Both the position numbers and the translations under genes were made by a program. From assembly GCF_009914755.1 (NCBI RefSeq), contig NC_060934.1: a stretch of 64,000 bases of DNA. The stretch is one strand, 5' to 3'. The notes under the pieces were generated by a model, which saw only the letters and a list, made by a program, of their open reading frames with translations, ran no database searches and had not been told where the DNA came from. This DNA is from the human T2T-CHM13v2.0 reference genome, Homo sapiens. Positions 1 through 12,547 of this stretch are shown piece after piece (position 1 is the stretch's first letter; the number at the start of each line of letters is the position of its first letter).

Positions 1-2135
1 TTTAATTTTATAAAGAATGAAGACATAAGGCAAAGGCAAATAACCACTCTAATTTAAAATTATATTTCAATTAGCACTTTGTAAAGTATCTTAACTTGCT
101 TTGTCTGACTTGGAAATGAGACAAAAGTTTCTGAAAGAGCAGGCTCTGAAAATATTTATGAATAAGAAAATAAAAGAAAAAAGAACAATTGAAAGCCAAT
201 AGGTGCTAAAAAATAAAAAAAGAGAAACATTATAAAACACCTTTTCAAAGGTCTTCTAATGTACAATATTTAAATACAAACAGTAACTAGTGTTACACCA
301 GCTGCTCTCAGGTTTGCAAAATATATCAAAGTACAGCATATTGGAATGAGTCCTGAGTTTCCATTTACTTTATCTATCCAGACACATCAATTCTTTTTAC
401 TCCAGCCTGATAAAGTGGAACTGCCGCAGACAAATGAGCTAGTGGAGCTGACATAATGTGTTTGTCACAAAGAAGCGCTGGATAAAAAAGCATGACTTTG
501 ATCCTCAATGAGGTTACTATTTTACAGTACCCTGAATTTAACTCTAACCTGATGCCTTGAGTCACCGTTCACTGTTTATTGGCCAAAATTGATTCTCATT
601 TCATCTCTAACTGTTAAAGGACTGGCTCCTGCAATCCTTAGATGAGTAAAATCTCCTATCAACCAAAAATAATACTAATAATAATCATGGGAAATTAAAA
701 GCAAAAACTTGATTGATGATCTCTGTGTGACATTATAAAAACTACCCCGAGTTGGGGACTAGAGGTAAGCAAGTAGGTTGACGATCACTTATCACAAACC
801 CAAGGTGTAATGTTATTATTTTAAAGGAAATTTGATTTGTATTTAAGCAATAATACATACCAGATAATTTCTAGATAATTATTTATGTCTGAATTTAAAT
901 GTATCTATTGAGCAAATCAGATACATATATATTTATGTGTATGTGTCTATATGTAATTCTATTCTTTCTTTTTATAAAGACTCAAATATTTCTGAAAATA
1001 AAGCTTTTGTTTTGAGTTCTGAATAACATGAAACATTTGCCTATTATACCCCTGGGCTCCTTTATCCAAGCAAATTAATTCAATGGTTTTTCTTTCATTC
1101 ATCAAACAAATAAAAAATACCATAGGTAGAATCTGTCACTTGTAAACAGACATAGAAAAGAATAAAACAAGGGGTTCCTAGAGACCAATCCTCCAAGCAG
1201 ATGAGTAAACATTGCCTTGAACAGTCATAATGGGGGAAAACGATTCTTTCTCTGATACCTGATACTGCAGCCTCACACATTTTTTTTCTTCTTCTATTAT
1301 TATTATTATTTTTTTTAGTTTTTGGATCATTAGCCCAACAAATGAAGAAGTGAATTGTGATGAATGAAAATTAGTACTGTGAATCCAAATTACTGCATTA
1401 AACCCAGGCTGGCCATAAATTACATGTTAACACAATTCGATACAAGTAAGACAGAAAATACTGTCCCTGACAGTGATCTTTAACAATTAAAATATATTTC
1501 TTCAACTCAATATTTGGCTGCAATATACTAAAGAAGTTATGATATTCTCATATTGCAAAGTTATATTTAGATTCTACGCAGGGTTAATTATTCCTCACAA
1601 ATAACGTGCTCACTCATGGTCTCTTAAGTAGATTTTTTGCGGTATATCTTTTGGATTGACTATTATTGATGCACAGCAGTGTTTAAAAAATACATCTCCA
1701 TCCCTTTTCATGATGATTTGAGTTACAACCATATTTTAAGCCATCCATTAAGCTCTTTTTGTACCCTGCAAATTCATCAGTGGCCTACCTACTGGACACA
1801 CCTGAGTAAGCAGTAGTAGAGCAGAGATGTAGAGGTGAATGAGATCTATTAGGTAAGCAGAGATCAGAAGGACCAGAGAAGCTATAGTACTAAAGAGAAG
1901 TCAGGTTTACTGTACAGAGGAGCCTTCACTGCTTCAAGCCAAGAAAATCTGGTAACATAGAAAATGTCCCTCTGTGCGTACTTTTACCCACAATCAATTG
2001 GTGAGATTTGGTCAGCTGATGATTTCCTAAAAGTTCCGTCTGTCCACGTCATCCATGCAGTAGCACAAGATTCATTTTGATCTAATGTCTGAAGCAAGTT
2101 CAGATAATAAGATGATGACAAGATCTGAAAGATCA

Positions 2136-2451
<316 letters not shown>

Positions 2452-3159
2452 TCACGTGAAAACTATGCCAAAGAGTTTTGGGAACTTAAAGAAATGCAGA
2501 AGTCGGTGTTTGTTGCTGTCCAAGTTCTTTGAGTGTATGTGAGCAAGAGATGCCACTATTTTCCACTGATATTACCTGTATCCAGACTGATGCTAAAGGC
2601 TGAGATAAACACAAGCATGCATCCACTGCCTCCATGCAAGTCCTACTCAGTACTAAAGATGGACGCTTGGTAAAAGCCAGATACAAAACATTGCTGCCTT
2701 CTGTTAGCCTGGAAGCACATTGACTAAAGATGTTCTGATTGCCCGTGGGGTAGAACAATGAAACAATGAAGCCAGTATGTGCAGAAGCATGTAGGAGGAA
2801 GACTTGGGGCCAATGAGGCAACAAACTGCATGCCCAACACATGCTCCAGGGCACTGTGCTAATGCCCAACTTTCCATCTGGTTGAGTGAGTTAGGTCCAG
2901 CAAATGAATTCCTTCCAGCTTCTCATGCAGTTCCATCTTTGTCCCCTATTGAGGAGCAAAAACATCCTGTTGGTAAAAGCCACTTTCAGTGGTTCAGTGG
3001 GTAAAGCTTCTCCAGGCTGGATTTGGGAGTCTGAAATTGTTGGGAAGACTGAAATGATTGTTCCTAGAAATTTAACCCAACTCTGTCATGCCGGCTATCA
3101 AGTAGAGATAATAAAACACCGTCTTAATGAAACTTCTGAGATGAATCTATATTATTTTA

Positions 3160-3265
3160 ATTTTATAACATTTAAGATTGAGGTCAAGAGACAATATGCA
3201 ATATTCCGCAAGTTACTCAGCTAAGAAGTGGAAGGGCATGTATTTGAACCTAGGTTCTCTTGTAC
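3160..3265 (-). mobile_element. MIR fragment
   Basis: Resembles the reverse complement of the MIR core (..tgaggtcaagaga..agttactcagctaagaagtgg..tttgaacctaggt). Confidence 0.6.
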
Positions 3266-3521
3266 CTACCTAGTTCATCGCTTCTGCCATATTTCCTAGC
3301 ATTCAGCCAAGAGAAACTACCGGACATAATCTGTGAGGCCAAAAGAGTGTGAACAGCAGAGAGGGCTTGAAACAATGGAGAAATTCATTCATCTTTATGG
3401 TGACGCTATTGTTGAGATCAGCAGTAAGCCAAACAACAAATTTCACTTGTACAGAATGTGAAGAGGTTATTTGTTAATTTTACTCCTTCTCTCTAATGCG
3501 GAAATTATATATACACATAAA

Positions 3522-3697
3522 ATTTAGAGACAGGGCCTCACTCTGTTGCTCAGGCTGGAGTGCAGAGGTGCATTCATAACTCATTGCAGCCTCGAACTCC
3601 TGGCCTCAAGTGATCCTCCCACCTTGGCCTCCTATAGTGCTGGGGAGATGTGAGCCACTGTGTGAGCCGAAATTACAGATGTGAGCCACCATGCCCA
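3522..3697 (-). mobile_element. Alu monomer (FAM/FRAM-like)
   Basis: Single ~175-bp arm: gagacagggcctcactctgttgctcaggctggagtgcag..ctcaagtgatcctcccacc..gagccaccatgccc. Confidence 0.85.
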
Positions 3698-4967
3698 AAA
3701 TCTTAACATTAATAGAAGAATCATCTCAAAGAAAGTGAGAAACTATGAGGGCATATCAAACTAAAAAACAAAATCTGTGTTCTTTTTAAATTTATATATT
3801 CATTGAAAAATATAATTAGGCTCAGTTGAAACTAATAGGCATAGAAAAGATAATAAGAATATGAAAATGCCTTACCTTCAGGAACTCCAAATTCAGGGAA
3901 ATATTGAATGATAAATGTGACTGAACCAATTCAACAGTTTTAGAGTGAAGTCTGACATCCAGTGGCCTCCCAAAATACTACATTTTTATTGGAGAACATA
4001 GATTTTCCCTTGATTGCCATGCTTGTGTTGCCAATTCTCCACGTAGTATTAGAAAATACTTTACAGAATCTGATCACAGTAGTTAGAAATCATAGAGATT
4101 AATGTGTTAAGGCGTTATTCTAGCAGTCAGATGATATTGATAATTGTGATTTGAGTTTATCTAAGGCAATTGTAAGATCCTTTTTTTGACAGTGTTCTCA
4201 AACGCTATGTCAAGGAAATGCTTCAGGGATAAAATTGTCACACAATGAAACACTTTATTATATCAGTGACTAAACTCAGTGTTCACAGCTTTCATTTTGT
4301 GGTACTCAGTGACATGCATAATTCCAGTGACGTTTCACCACTGTCATTCAAGTTCCTAAACCAGAAGAAATGGTGCAATTTAGTTCTGGTGTGGTTAATG
4401 AGGCTTAAATGATGAGAAGGGCCCTGTAAACACGGGCACAGGTGTTGCATAAAGTTCTGCAACAAGGGCCAAGACTGCAGCACCCTCCATCTTATATAAA
4501 TAAATAGAAATGCCTGATGCCATTTCTATACCCCAGATGATACCAGGTCTTGCAGAAAGGTACACTCGCATTTAACCAAAACTTTTTGTCTTGTCCTTTC
4601 AAACCAATCACAAGACATACCAAACACTCTAATTTCCCTCCAAGATAGTATTTTTGTGACAAAAAAATTATTTAACCCTTAAATATTCTTCTTTGTTTTA
4701 GAGGATTCTTATGATTCTTTTATAAAATTATGTATTAGAAACTTTTTTATGTTAAAATGAGTGGATAATGTTAAAAGCATTTTTTAAGGACTATCATGAC
4801 ATACACATATTTACTTTTGAAATCTGCTCATTATACATTGACTTTCACTTAACACAGAAATGATCTCAAAGGTTTTGGATCTCTGTGTGCTTAACTCTAC
4901 ATAGCACATGCTTGTCATAAAGCCCTGGGGGAAGAGGAAGCAAGTTGATTAAACATAAATTGTGGCC

Positions 4968-4988
4968 GACAGTGACATCTTGTGGATG
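4968..4988 (-). promoter_or_regulatory. CTCF-like motif
   Basis: Minus strand TCCACAAGATGTCACTG resembles the CTCF core CCACNAGRKGGCAS with one G>T deviation; motif match only. Confidence 0.35.
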
Positions 4989-5249
4989 AAGTGATTATGA
5001 ATTTAATTAAAGTTTCTAAAAGTGGAAATACAAGTAAACTTTATCATATAAATGTGTTAGGTTCACAAAGTTTACTTTCAAGTTGGTTACTTGAGATTTA
5101 AAATAATGTGTGTGCACAGAAACAATGTTGCATGTGGAGGTTAAATTTCAAAGGCTCAGAAAATCCTATCTAACTCCCAAGGACATGAAATATGCTTCAA
5201 GTTCAAGAGCTTAGTCTTAGAGTTGAACGTCATATTACAGAACTATTTC

Positions 5250-5320
5250 AACCCAATCATGTTACGGATGAGGAAACTAAGACCACCCCCCACCAAGAGA
5301 TTAAGTGACTTCACAATAGT
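5250..5320 (-). mobile_element. MIR fragment
   Basis: ttacggatgaggaaactaagacc...agagattaagtgactt matches the MIR core reverse complement. Confidence 0.7.
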
Positions 5321-5578
5321 CTTGGGGCTACATAATGATCATTTAAGGCTAGAATGAATTTACAGCTAGAATGAATACCTCAGAGTCATCACCAGGATAT
5401 TTCTATTACATTTTACTACCTGATACATAGTACACCCTGGAGTATTTTATACTACGGACAGTCTAAACCCCATAATGCATCTATGAGGAAATGAAATCAA
5501 GGCTCCAGAGTATAATGCTAAGAATATCTCTTTAGTCGGCTTGGGCGTTACATCCCAGATGGAGTGATCAACAGTCTC

Positions 5579-5610
5579 TCACCACTTTTACTAATCACCA
5601 CTTTTACTAA
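5579..5610. repeat. Perfect 16-bp tandem duplication
   Basis: tcaccacttttactaa x2. Confidence 0.95.
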
Positions 5611-6239
5611 GGCCGAGAAAAGACTTCCATTTCTAAATCACTGGAGTTGACTCCCAAGGAAAGTGGCTCAAGCTGAGTGGAGACTGGAGAAATATAATTA
5701 AAAAAAGACATAAGATTCAAGGATTTTGCTTGAGTTACTGAGGCTTCATATAGTTAGAAACCACACAGATCATTTCTGATGCCTGCCCATTCATTCTTCA
5801 AAGATACCCACTTCTTCACTCCACCAGTAAAAACAAAACAGCTCTAAAAGAATTGATCCATTGATTATTAATTGTTCCATTAGAACACTTGGAAATGTTG
5901 GCTGGCCCATTGAGAAAGGGAAAATACCCACACACTCTAGCAAGTCCTTGGTGGCAATAGGATTGCATCCTATTGTTAACGTATCTCTTCTTTCCCAAAT
6001 TTCCATTTTATTTCTACAACCTGTTGTATTCTGATTTTGGGCTCCATCAGTCTAGAATAATTGCTTTCACCGAAGTCTTCAATGTCCTCCTATGAGGGCA
6101 AATTCAGTGATCTGATCCCCTGCAGTCTTCTCCTCTGTTTTCCTCTTACAATAATGATGCTCTTGGAAGAATGTCTTTCAGTTTTTCTATCTTAAAGTCC
6201 TCCTATGATCATGCCTTTTTTGGGCAGTCTACTTATGGT

Positions 6240-6460
6240 GACCGAATAGAGGAAGTTGGGGAGAAGGTTAAAGCTCCAGCTCTTTTAGCCATCTTGGCCT
6301 GTGGTAGGACAACTCCAAAGGACACTGCTCTTTCCAGAACGCTCCACTGAGTTACCCAAAGCTTGGTTGAGTCTGCATCTTAGTTCATCTTTTCTCTTTG
6401 CCCGACGCTGCTTCCTCTCCCTCCTTTTCACATGTGGTAATTACTAGTAAGTATTTGGTA
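6240..6460 (+). mobile_element. Old ERVL-class LTR fragment (LTR16-like)
   Basis: Degenerate similarity (..tctttgcccgacgctgcttcctctccctcc..); boundaries approximate. Confidence 0.35.
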
Positions 6461-6546
6461 GATTATTCCACTTAACAGGTAAGATTAAAGAAAAATAATA
6501 GAAAAACCACTAAACCCAGATTTAAACTTGGCCTATAGTGGTCTGC

Positions 6547-6975
6547 TGATACGGTTGGGCTCTGTGTCCCCACTCAAATCTCATCTCAAACTGTAATCCC
6601 CATGTGTTGAGGGAGAGACATGGTGGGAGGTAATTGGATCACGGGGGCCATTTCCCCATGCTGTTCTTATGATAGTGAATGAGTTCTCAGGACAGCTGAT
6701 GGTTTTAAAGGGTGGCACTTCCTCTCTTTCTCTCTCTCTCTCCCTCCATCCTCCCTTTCCTGCTCTCCCTCCCTCCCTCCCTTCCTTCCTTTCTCACTCT
6801 GTCTCCTGCCACCATGTGAACAAGGTCCTTGCTTCCCCTTTGCCTTCCTCAGTGATTGGAAGTTTTCTTAGGCCTCCCTAGCTACGCTGAACTGTGAGTC
6901 AATTAAACCTTTTTTCTTCGTAAGTTACCCATTCTCAGGTAGTTCTTTACCACAGTGTGAAAATGGGCTAATAAA
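6547..6975 (+). mobile_element. MSTA-like MaLR solo LTR
   Basis: TGATACGGTTGGGCTCTGTGTCCCC start, aactgtgagtcaattaaacct, 5-bp TSD tctgc on both sides, internal CT-rich expansion. Confidence 0.92.
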
Positions 6976-7375
6976 TCTGCCTAGGTACCTAATCCTGTGT
7001 ATCAATTCACCTCTGCAGATTCAGACTTGGCACATGCTCTAAATTTAATCTTATTCCCATAAGAGAGAATGTAAGGAAATGAAGTTATTCAGGTGGTTCA
7101 GCTTCTGATCACTACTACTACTTACCAGGGCTGCTTTGATCTTCACACCTGGTTCTAACAACTGCGTGCCTACTTTTCTTTCTGTAACAATGTTCTAATC
7201 TTTATAGAACAAAAGCAATATTTAAGCCACTGATTTTTTCTTATATAAGTAATCTGTGCATTAATGCATCTTGATACCCCAATACGTTTAATACTGTCAC
7301 CTGGCATTTTTCACATTGCTAATCCTTGAAACAGAATTACTGTTGCAGTATCCCAGTATGGTAATTGGAGATATA

Positions 7376-7453
7376 TTTGGTTGGTGCAAAAGTAATTGCA
7401 GTTTTTGCCCTTACTTTCAACGTTGGCAGCACTTTACTTTTGTACCAACCTAA
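7376..7453. mobile_element. MADE1 (Hsmar1-derived mariner MITE)
   Basis: ggttggtgcaaaagtaattgc...ttacttttgtaccaacctaa; ~80-bp palindromic element. Confidence 0.92.
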
Positions 7454-8240
7454 ACACAAACCTGGCACCTGGCATTTCTGTACCTGACTCTGGCTAATTC
7501 AATATTACTCGTTTTCCACTCTGCTCTTCCATTGCCCTGCTGTACTCAATCCCTGCTGGGCTGCCTAAGGCTATTCTCTACATGAGTCTAACTTCAAGTC
7601 CCCCCATGAAATGTAGCCAGATTTGCTTCCATAGAGGTGCATTCCTTAACAGACCTAGCCACTTACCCCCAAAATATGGCATAAGCTCTAAATATATTTT
7701 CCTCTTCTAATGCACCTTTTGTGCCACACTACAATTTAGCCAGCAAATTTCTTCGAAAAAAAATTTTTTTTTTGGTGGGGGCTGTTAGGTTTTGTTTTTT
7801 GTTTTGTTTTGTTTGCTTTCCTTTGCTTTGCCTTTAAAAGATATTTACATAGAGCAGCAGAGACCTCTACTGGCAATTCAGGTTAATTCCCTTAAATGCT
7901 CATATAATATAACTTGTTGACTTTACTTTCTTCTGTATTGGTTAGTAAGTGGCATTTAGTTTGATCAATGCCATAGTAAATGCAAGCCTGGATTTATGTA
8001 GTGTCTTAAGGAAAAAAGGGATTTTACTCTGAATGCCTAGTGCAGAAACAAATATTCACTTTAAAGAAAAAGAAAACTAATAAAAGAAAGCATACATAGT
8101 AGATAACTGACAGTTTATAGATAACACAGGCAAAGCCAATGTGCTTCTCCATATGGACAATTCAAGAATGAAAGATGATTCCAGCGTAACATGCCATCAA
8201 AGGGCAAGGTGGATTTACCCTGAATCCAACGAATGCTTAC

Positions 8241-8422
8241 CCGACGTTCGGGTTTTTTGATGCAGCAAAATATGGACCATTGACAAAGATTATTATCAGT
8301 GAATTTGATGAGGTGCACAAAAGATAGTTACGCATAGTTAATATAGTTTCATGAGCGATACATAGTTTTGCCAATAGAACCACTTGACTTTCTAGTAGTC
8401 TGAGTTCATACTTCAGATATAC
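8241..8422 (-). other. Candidate internal exon of an unidentified minus-strand transcript
   Basis: Minus-strand acceptor tttttttcttttcaaaatatCAG/TAG and donor CGG|GTAAGC, 182 nt apart; one frame open throughout. Confidence 0.25.
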
Positions 8423-8622
8423 CTACTGATATTTTGAAAAGAAAAAAATGGCCCTCAGATCCATAGAGATTTCTGGCTTTGATACAGATTTGGTGGTGGC
8501 AGGAGGAAGTCTCTCACAAGGAAAGAAGTGCTTCAAAAACTATAAGGAGAACAGAGAACCTCAAACATGTTGAGCAAAATATTTCAAGGTTCATATAGTG
8601 AGTTGGAAGTTGGTTAGTATGT

Positions 8623-9428
8623 TTCAAAAGAAGACATGCATGCGGCCAAGGATCATATGAAAAAAGCTCAACATCACTGACCATTAGAGAAATGCAAATC
8701 AAAACCACAAGGAGATACCATCTCACACCAGTCATAATGGCTACTATTAACAAGTCAAAAAAATACAGATTCTGGTGGGGTTGTGAAGAAAAAGGAATGT
8801 TTATACACCGTTGGTGAGAGTAAAAATGAGTTTAACCATTTTGGAAAACATTGTGGCGATTCCTCAAAGACCTAAAGAAATAAATATCATTTGACCCAGC
8901 AATCCCATTATTGGGTATACACCCAAAGGAATACAAATCGTCCTATTATTAGGACACACATACACATATATTAATTGCAGCACTATTCACAACACAGAAT
9001 CAACATAAATGTCCATCAATGATAGACTGGATAAAGAAAATGTGGTATATATACACTATGGGATACTATGCAGCCATAAAAAAGAATGAGATCATGTCCT
9101 TTGAAGAGACATGGATGCAGCTGAGGCCTTCATCCTTAGCAACTCACACAGGAAGAGAAAACCAAATACCACATGTTTTCATGTATACCTGGGAGCTAAA
9201 TGATAAGAACGTATGGACACACAGAGGGGAATGTCACACACTGGGGCCTCTCAGAGGGTGGAGGTGGGAGGAGGGAGGGAGAGGATCAGGAAAAATAACG
9301 AATGGGTTCTAGGCTTAATACCTGGGTGATGAAATAATCTGTACAGCAAACCCCCATGACACAAGTTTACCTGTGTAACAAATCTGCACATGTACCCCTG
9401 AACTTAAAATACAAGTTTAAAAAAAAGA
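8623..9428 (+). mobile_element. 5'-truncated L1 (L1PA13-16-like), end of ORF2 plus 3'UTR
   Basis: aagaagacat..gaaatgcaaatcaaaaccac..gactggataaagaaaatgtgg..A tail; TSD aagttggttagtatgt / aagttggtgagtgtgt. Confidence 0.95.
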
Positions 9429-9939
9429 AAGTTGGTGAGTGTGTCTTTTAAAATTTTTGAGGAAAGAATATGTGTTTTATATGGTCAATGATCTCTATGA
9501 TGTGATACTCCATGTACTGCTCCGTACTGAGCCTTGAGCAGTCCCAGACTGCCTTCTACTTTCCATACCTCAATTCTGCCTGATAACTTTTTCAAAGGCA
9601 TACATATGGGTATCTGGGATTAGAAAACATTGGTTTCTGAACCTTAATCTACTGCTAATACATTTTTCTCCTTGGTCTATCTGCATATAAATTACTTAAA
9701 ATTTTGAACCCTATTTTGTCATTATCTAACTAGTGACACACGCTAACTAGTGGCAAAATAACATTCTGAGTAGAAACTCCATCACCTTACATGACTGATG
9801 TTTATTATATAATGTGACCTGATCATAATGACGTGTGATAGGAAAAACACTTATTTTTTAGGTACAGTCACTGCCATCATAGACATTGCCATTAGTATGC
9901 TTCTAAGAAGCATTGTTAATCAAGTGGCAACATAAGATA

Positions 9940-10040
9940 TTGGAAAAATTATGGGCTTGGGTATCTATCCTAGCTCCACGTCTTACTTGCTGCATGGCTT
10001 AATTACTGAATTTTAGTATCCTCCTCTGTAGAGTAAGAAA
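9940..10040 (+). mobile_element. MIR fragment
   Basis: atcctagctccacgtcttacttgctgcatgg..ctcctctgtagagt. Confidence 0.5.
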
Positions 10041-11015
10041 CATGGATGTTAAAGACACAAGCTACATGAAGCATAGAAATTGAAGGAGTACTTTATTCAT
10101 GGCTATAAAATTAATATTAAACAGACTATTTTCAAATTTTATGGATTTAGTATTAGAGGGATTGGCATAAATGTCACTGTTGATTTGGCCGAGATATTAA
10201 AGTATTTATTTATCTAATCAATAGTTATTATTGCAAATAGAAACAAAGTAGTTATCTTTCACTGCTGCCCAAGGCAAGAAGTTAAGTTACTCCTATAGTG
10301 TAATTTAAATTTGTAAATTACATTGACTGCTACAATAAATTCCCCAAATCATGGGACACTTACAAAAAAAAAAGGATAAATGGATAAAAAGCTACGATAC
10401 TCGAGAATAAATATCAGTGTAACTTTTTTGAGAGGTCTGCCTTTCAGAAATTGCAAAAAAATTCTAATGATACTCATCTGTTTCAAAGAGAAATGACATG
10501 AAAAATCTCATAAAATGTTTCACAGATATATTACGTATTAATATCAGTTCTCATTTCCACATAAGTATAATTTTGAAAGTACTCTTACACAAGATACCAT
10601 ATTCTAGTCACATAACATGTCTGTGAGTTTGGCAAAGCAAAATGATTATCCACATAGCACAGTAAAACTGCTGACTGGAGCTGGGGCTTATTTGCTCCTA
10701 TTCCAATCCCTTTCCAATGTACCACAATGTCTTCTTCAACAGATAAACATCCATGTATTGCTAACAAATAGGGGACCACGGCCCCTATGAATCAATTTCT
10801 GCAGTTGATGTTGAGTGGGGACAGGGAAACTATGGAAGCTCCTCCATGGGCCAATTAGCTAATACCCAGTGAGTCTCTTGGCTAAATAGACTCTGATACC
10901 AGAGTAAAAGTCTAGCAAGAACAACTCTGGTGGGGTAAATGAGAAGGCACAGAACTGCCAGGAGGAGGTTAAAACCAAGAAAAAATGTTCTTGTATTGAC
11001 CAGAAATATACTCAC

Positions 11016-11349
11016 TTCAACATCTTCCTGATTCTGTCAAAATGAGGATTTGCTGCTGAACTTGGGATTGACTCACTGTGGGATGATTTTCAGGGCCTCT
11101 ATTCCCATCAGTAGATTATTTCTTGGTGTGCCAATATTTATTCTGTTGTTGGAGGAATTGCTTGTAGCTGGTTGTCTCCATTTGATGTTTATCAGGAAGG
11201 ATTTGGGCCAGCATCGTCTGTGCAAGGCTCAGGAGAGAAACCTGCCTCTTTCTGTTGTCAGACAAGCCATCGCTGGCGGCTTCCAGGGCTGTTCATTGCA
11301 TTGGTTTCTGTTCTTCACACTGTCTCATTCATGGCAGTCGAGACATAAC
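11016..11349 (-). other. Candidate non-coding exon (minus strand)
   Basis: Acceptor cattaat..tactctttgagtttcctttgCAG|G at 11350/11349; donors ACA|GTGAGT (exon end 11077) or GAA|GTGAGT (11016); AATAAA at 11142-11137. Confidence 0.3.
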
Positions 11350-12174
11350 CTGCAAAGGAAACTCAAAGAGTATTTGAAGACATTAATGTTCTCTAATCTT
11401 GAGGTATTTACAGTTTAAACCTCACAATCTTGTGGGAAGGGAGTGAACTGTCACATCTTTGACATGTTTCAACCCTTTAAGGTTGAATGTGAACATCCTG
11501 AAAGGCAGTCTATTCAACTTCCTAATCAATCAAAATTATTTGGAAAATTAGAAGAGCAGAATATGTTAAAGGCTTCTGATTGGTGGATCCCTGATTAAGG
11601 CAAAACTATGGCTCAAAATGATGAAATACAAAACTGATTTCTTTTCATCAATATATTTAGTGATTACTGAAATCTCACTTGGCTCCCAGCATTATTTGGT
11701 TATATAGACAATATTAAACTGTTCCCATTGCCATGGTGTAGTAGCAATAGACTTAGAGTCCAAAAATTTTGGGATCTAGTTCGGTTTGCTATTCGTTAAA
11801 TATGCAACCTGTGACCCTTAGTGTGAGTGTACATGAATTGAAATAGAGTTTTGTCATTATAAGCCAGTACGTTTAATTATATGAATAAGCCAATGTATGT
11901 CATTATAAACGAGTATATTTCTCATCAACACAATAACACTTTTTTCTTGGTTTTTACCTCCTGATGGCATTTCTGTGCCTTCCAATTTACCCTATAAGTT
12001 CTCTCCTTAGTGTTCCTACATTATATTTAAGGATAAAAGACTTAAAACCATTGTGAATAGTTTAAAGATCCAATTGTTGATAAGAGGATATGAGAGATGT
12101 AGATTTAAAAGCCATCTACTTATAAAAGTTAAAGACACAAGATTAAATTACGTTATCTTTCAGAAACCATTTTC

Positions 12175-12290
12175 CTGTTGTCAACAAATATTGGTTAAGC
12201 ACTTACTCAGCTAGGCATTGGACTGGACTCTCAGATACTGTCAGAAACGAGACCAAACCCCTCAATTCATGGAGCTGCAAGTATATAGGG
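12175..12290 (-). mobile_element. L2 3' fragment
   Basis: tcaacaaatattggttaagcacttact..ctaggcattg..catggagct. Confidence 0.65.
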
Positions 12291-12378
12291 TGCAAGAGAA
12301 GACAGCTAAAGAGAGAATTCAGTTGAGTCACTGTCCAACCATGATTCCTCTTATTGAAAATACTGTCTTTCTCTTTTC

Positions 12379-12547
12379 AGAGGTTCTCAGTCTTGACTGC
12401 ACATCAGAATCATGGGAAGAGTTTTTACATTTCAAAGACTGAGGCTATTCCTCCAGAGCAGCCTGAAACTAGGACAAAACCCATGCCCTGAATTTTTGAA
12501 ACTCACTCTAGGGTATTCCAGAGTGCAGCTAACGTCAAGAACCAATT
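12379..12547. mobile_element. MER5A/B (hAT-Charlie MITE)
   Basis: aggttctcagtcttgactgcacatcagaatca...gtgcagctaacgtcaagaacca, degenerate terminal inverted repeats. Confidence 0.75.

Noticed and set aside
2985-3005. gtggttcagtgggtaa tRNA A-box-like motif
   Set aside because: No B box or cloverleaf downstream
8514-9312. ORFs such as MIDWIKKMWYIYTMGYYAAIKKNEIMSF
   Set aside because: Frameshifted C-terminal remnant of L1 ORF2 in a 5'-truncated dead copy; not a host gene
11050-11418. 122-aa plus-strand ORF in unique DNA
   Set aside because: Non-ATG start, no recognisable homology; the clearer splice signals here are on the minus strand
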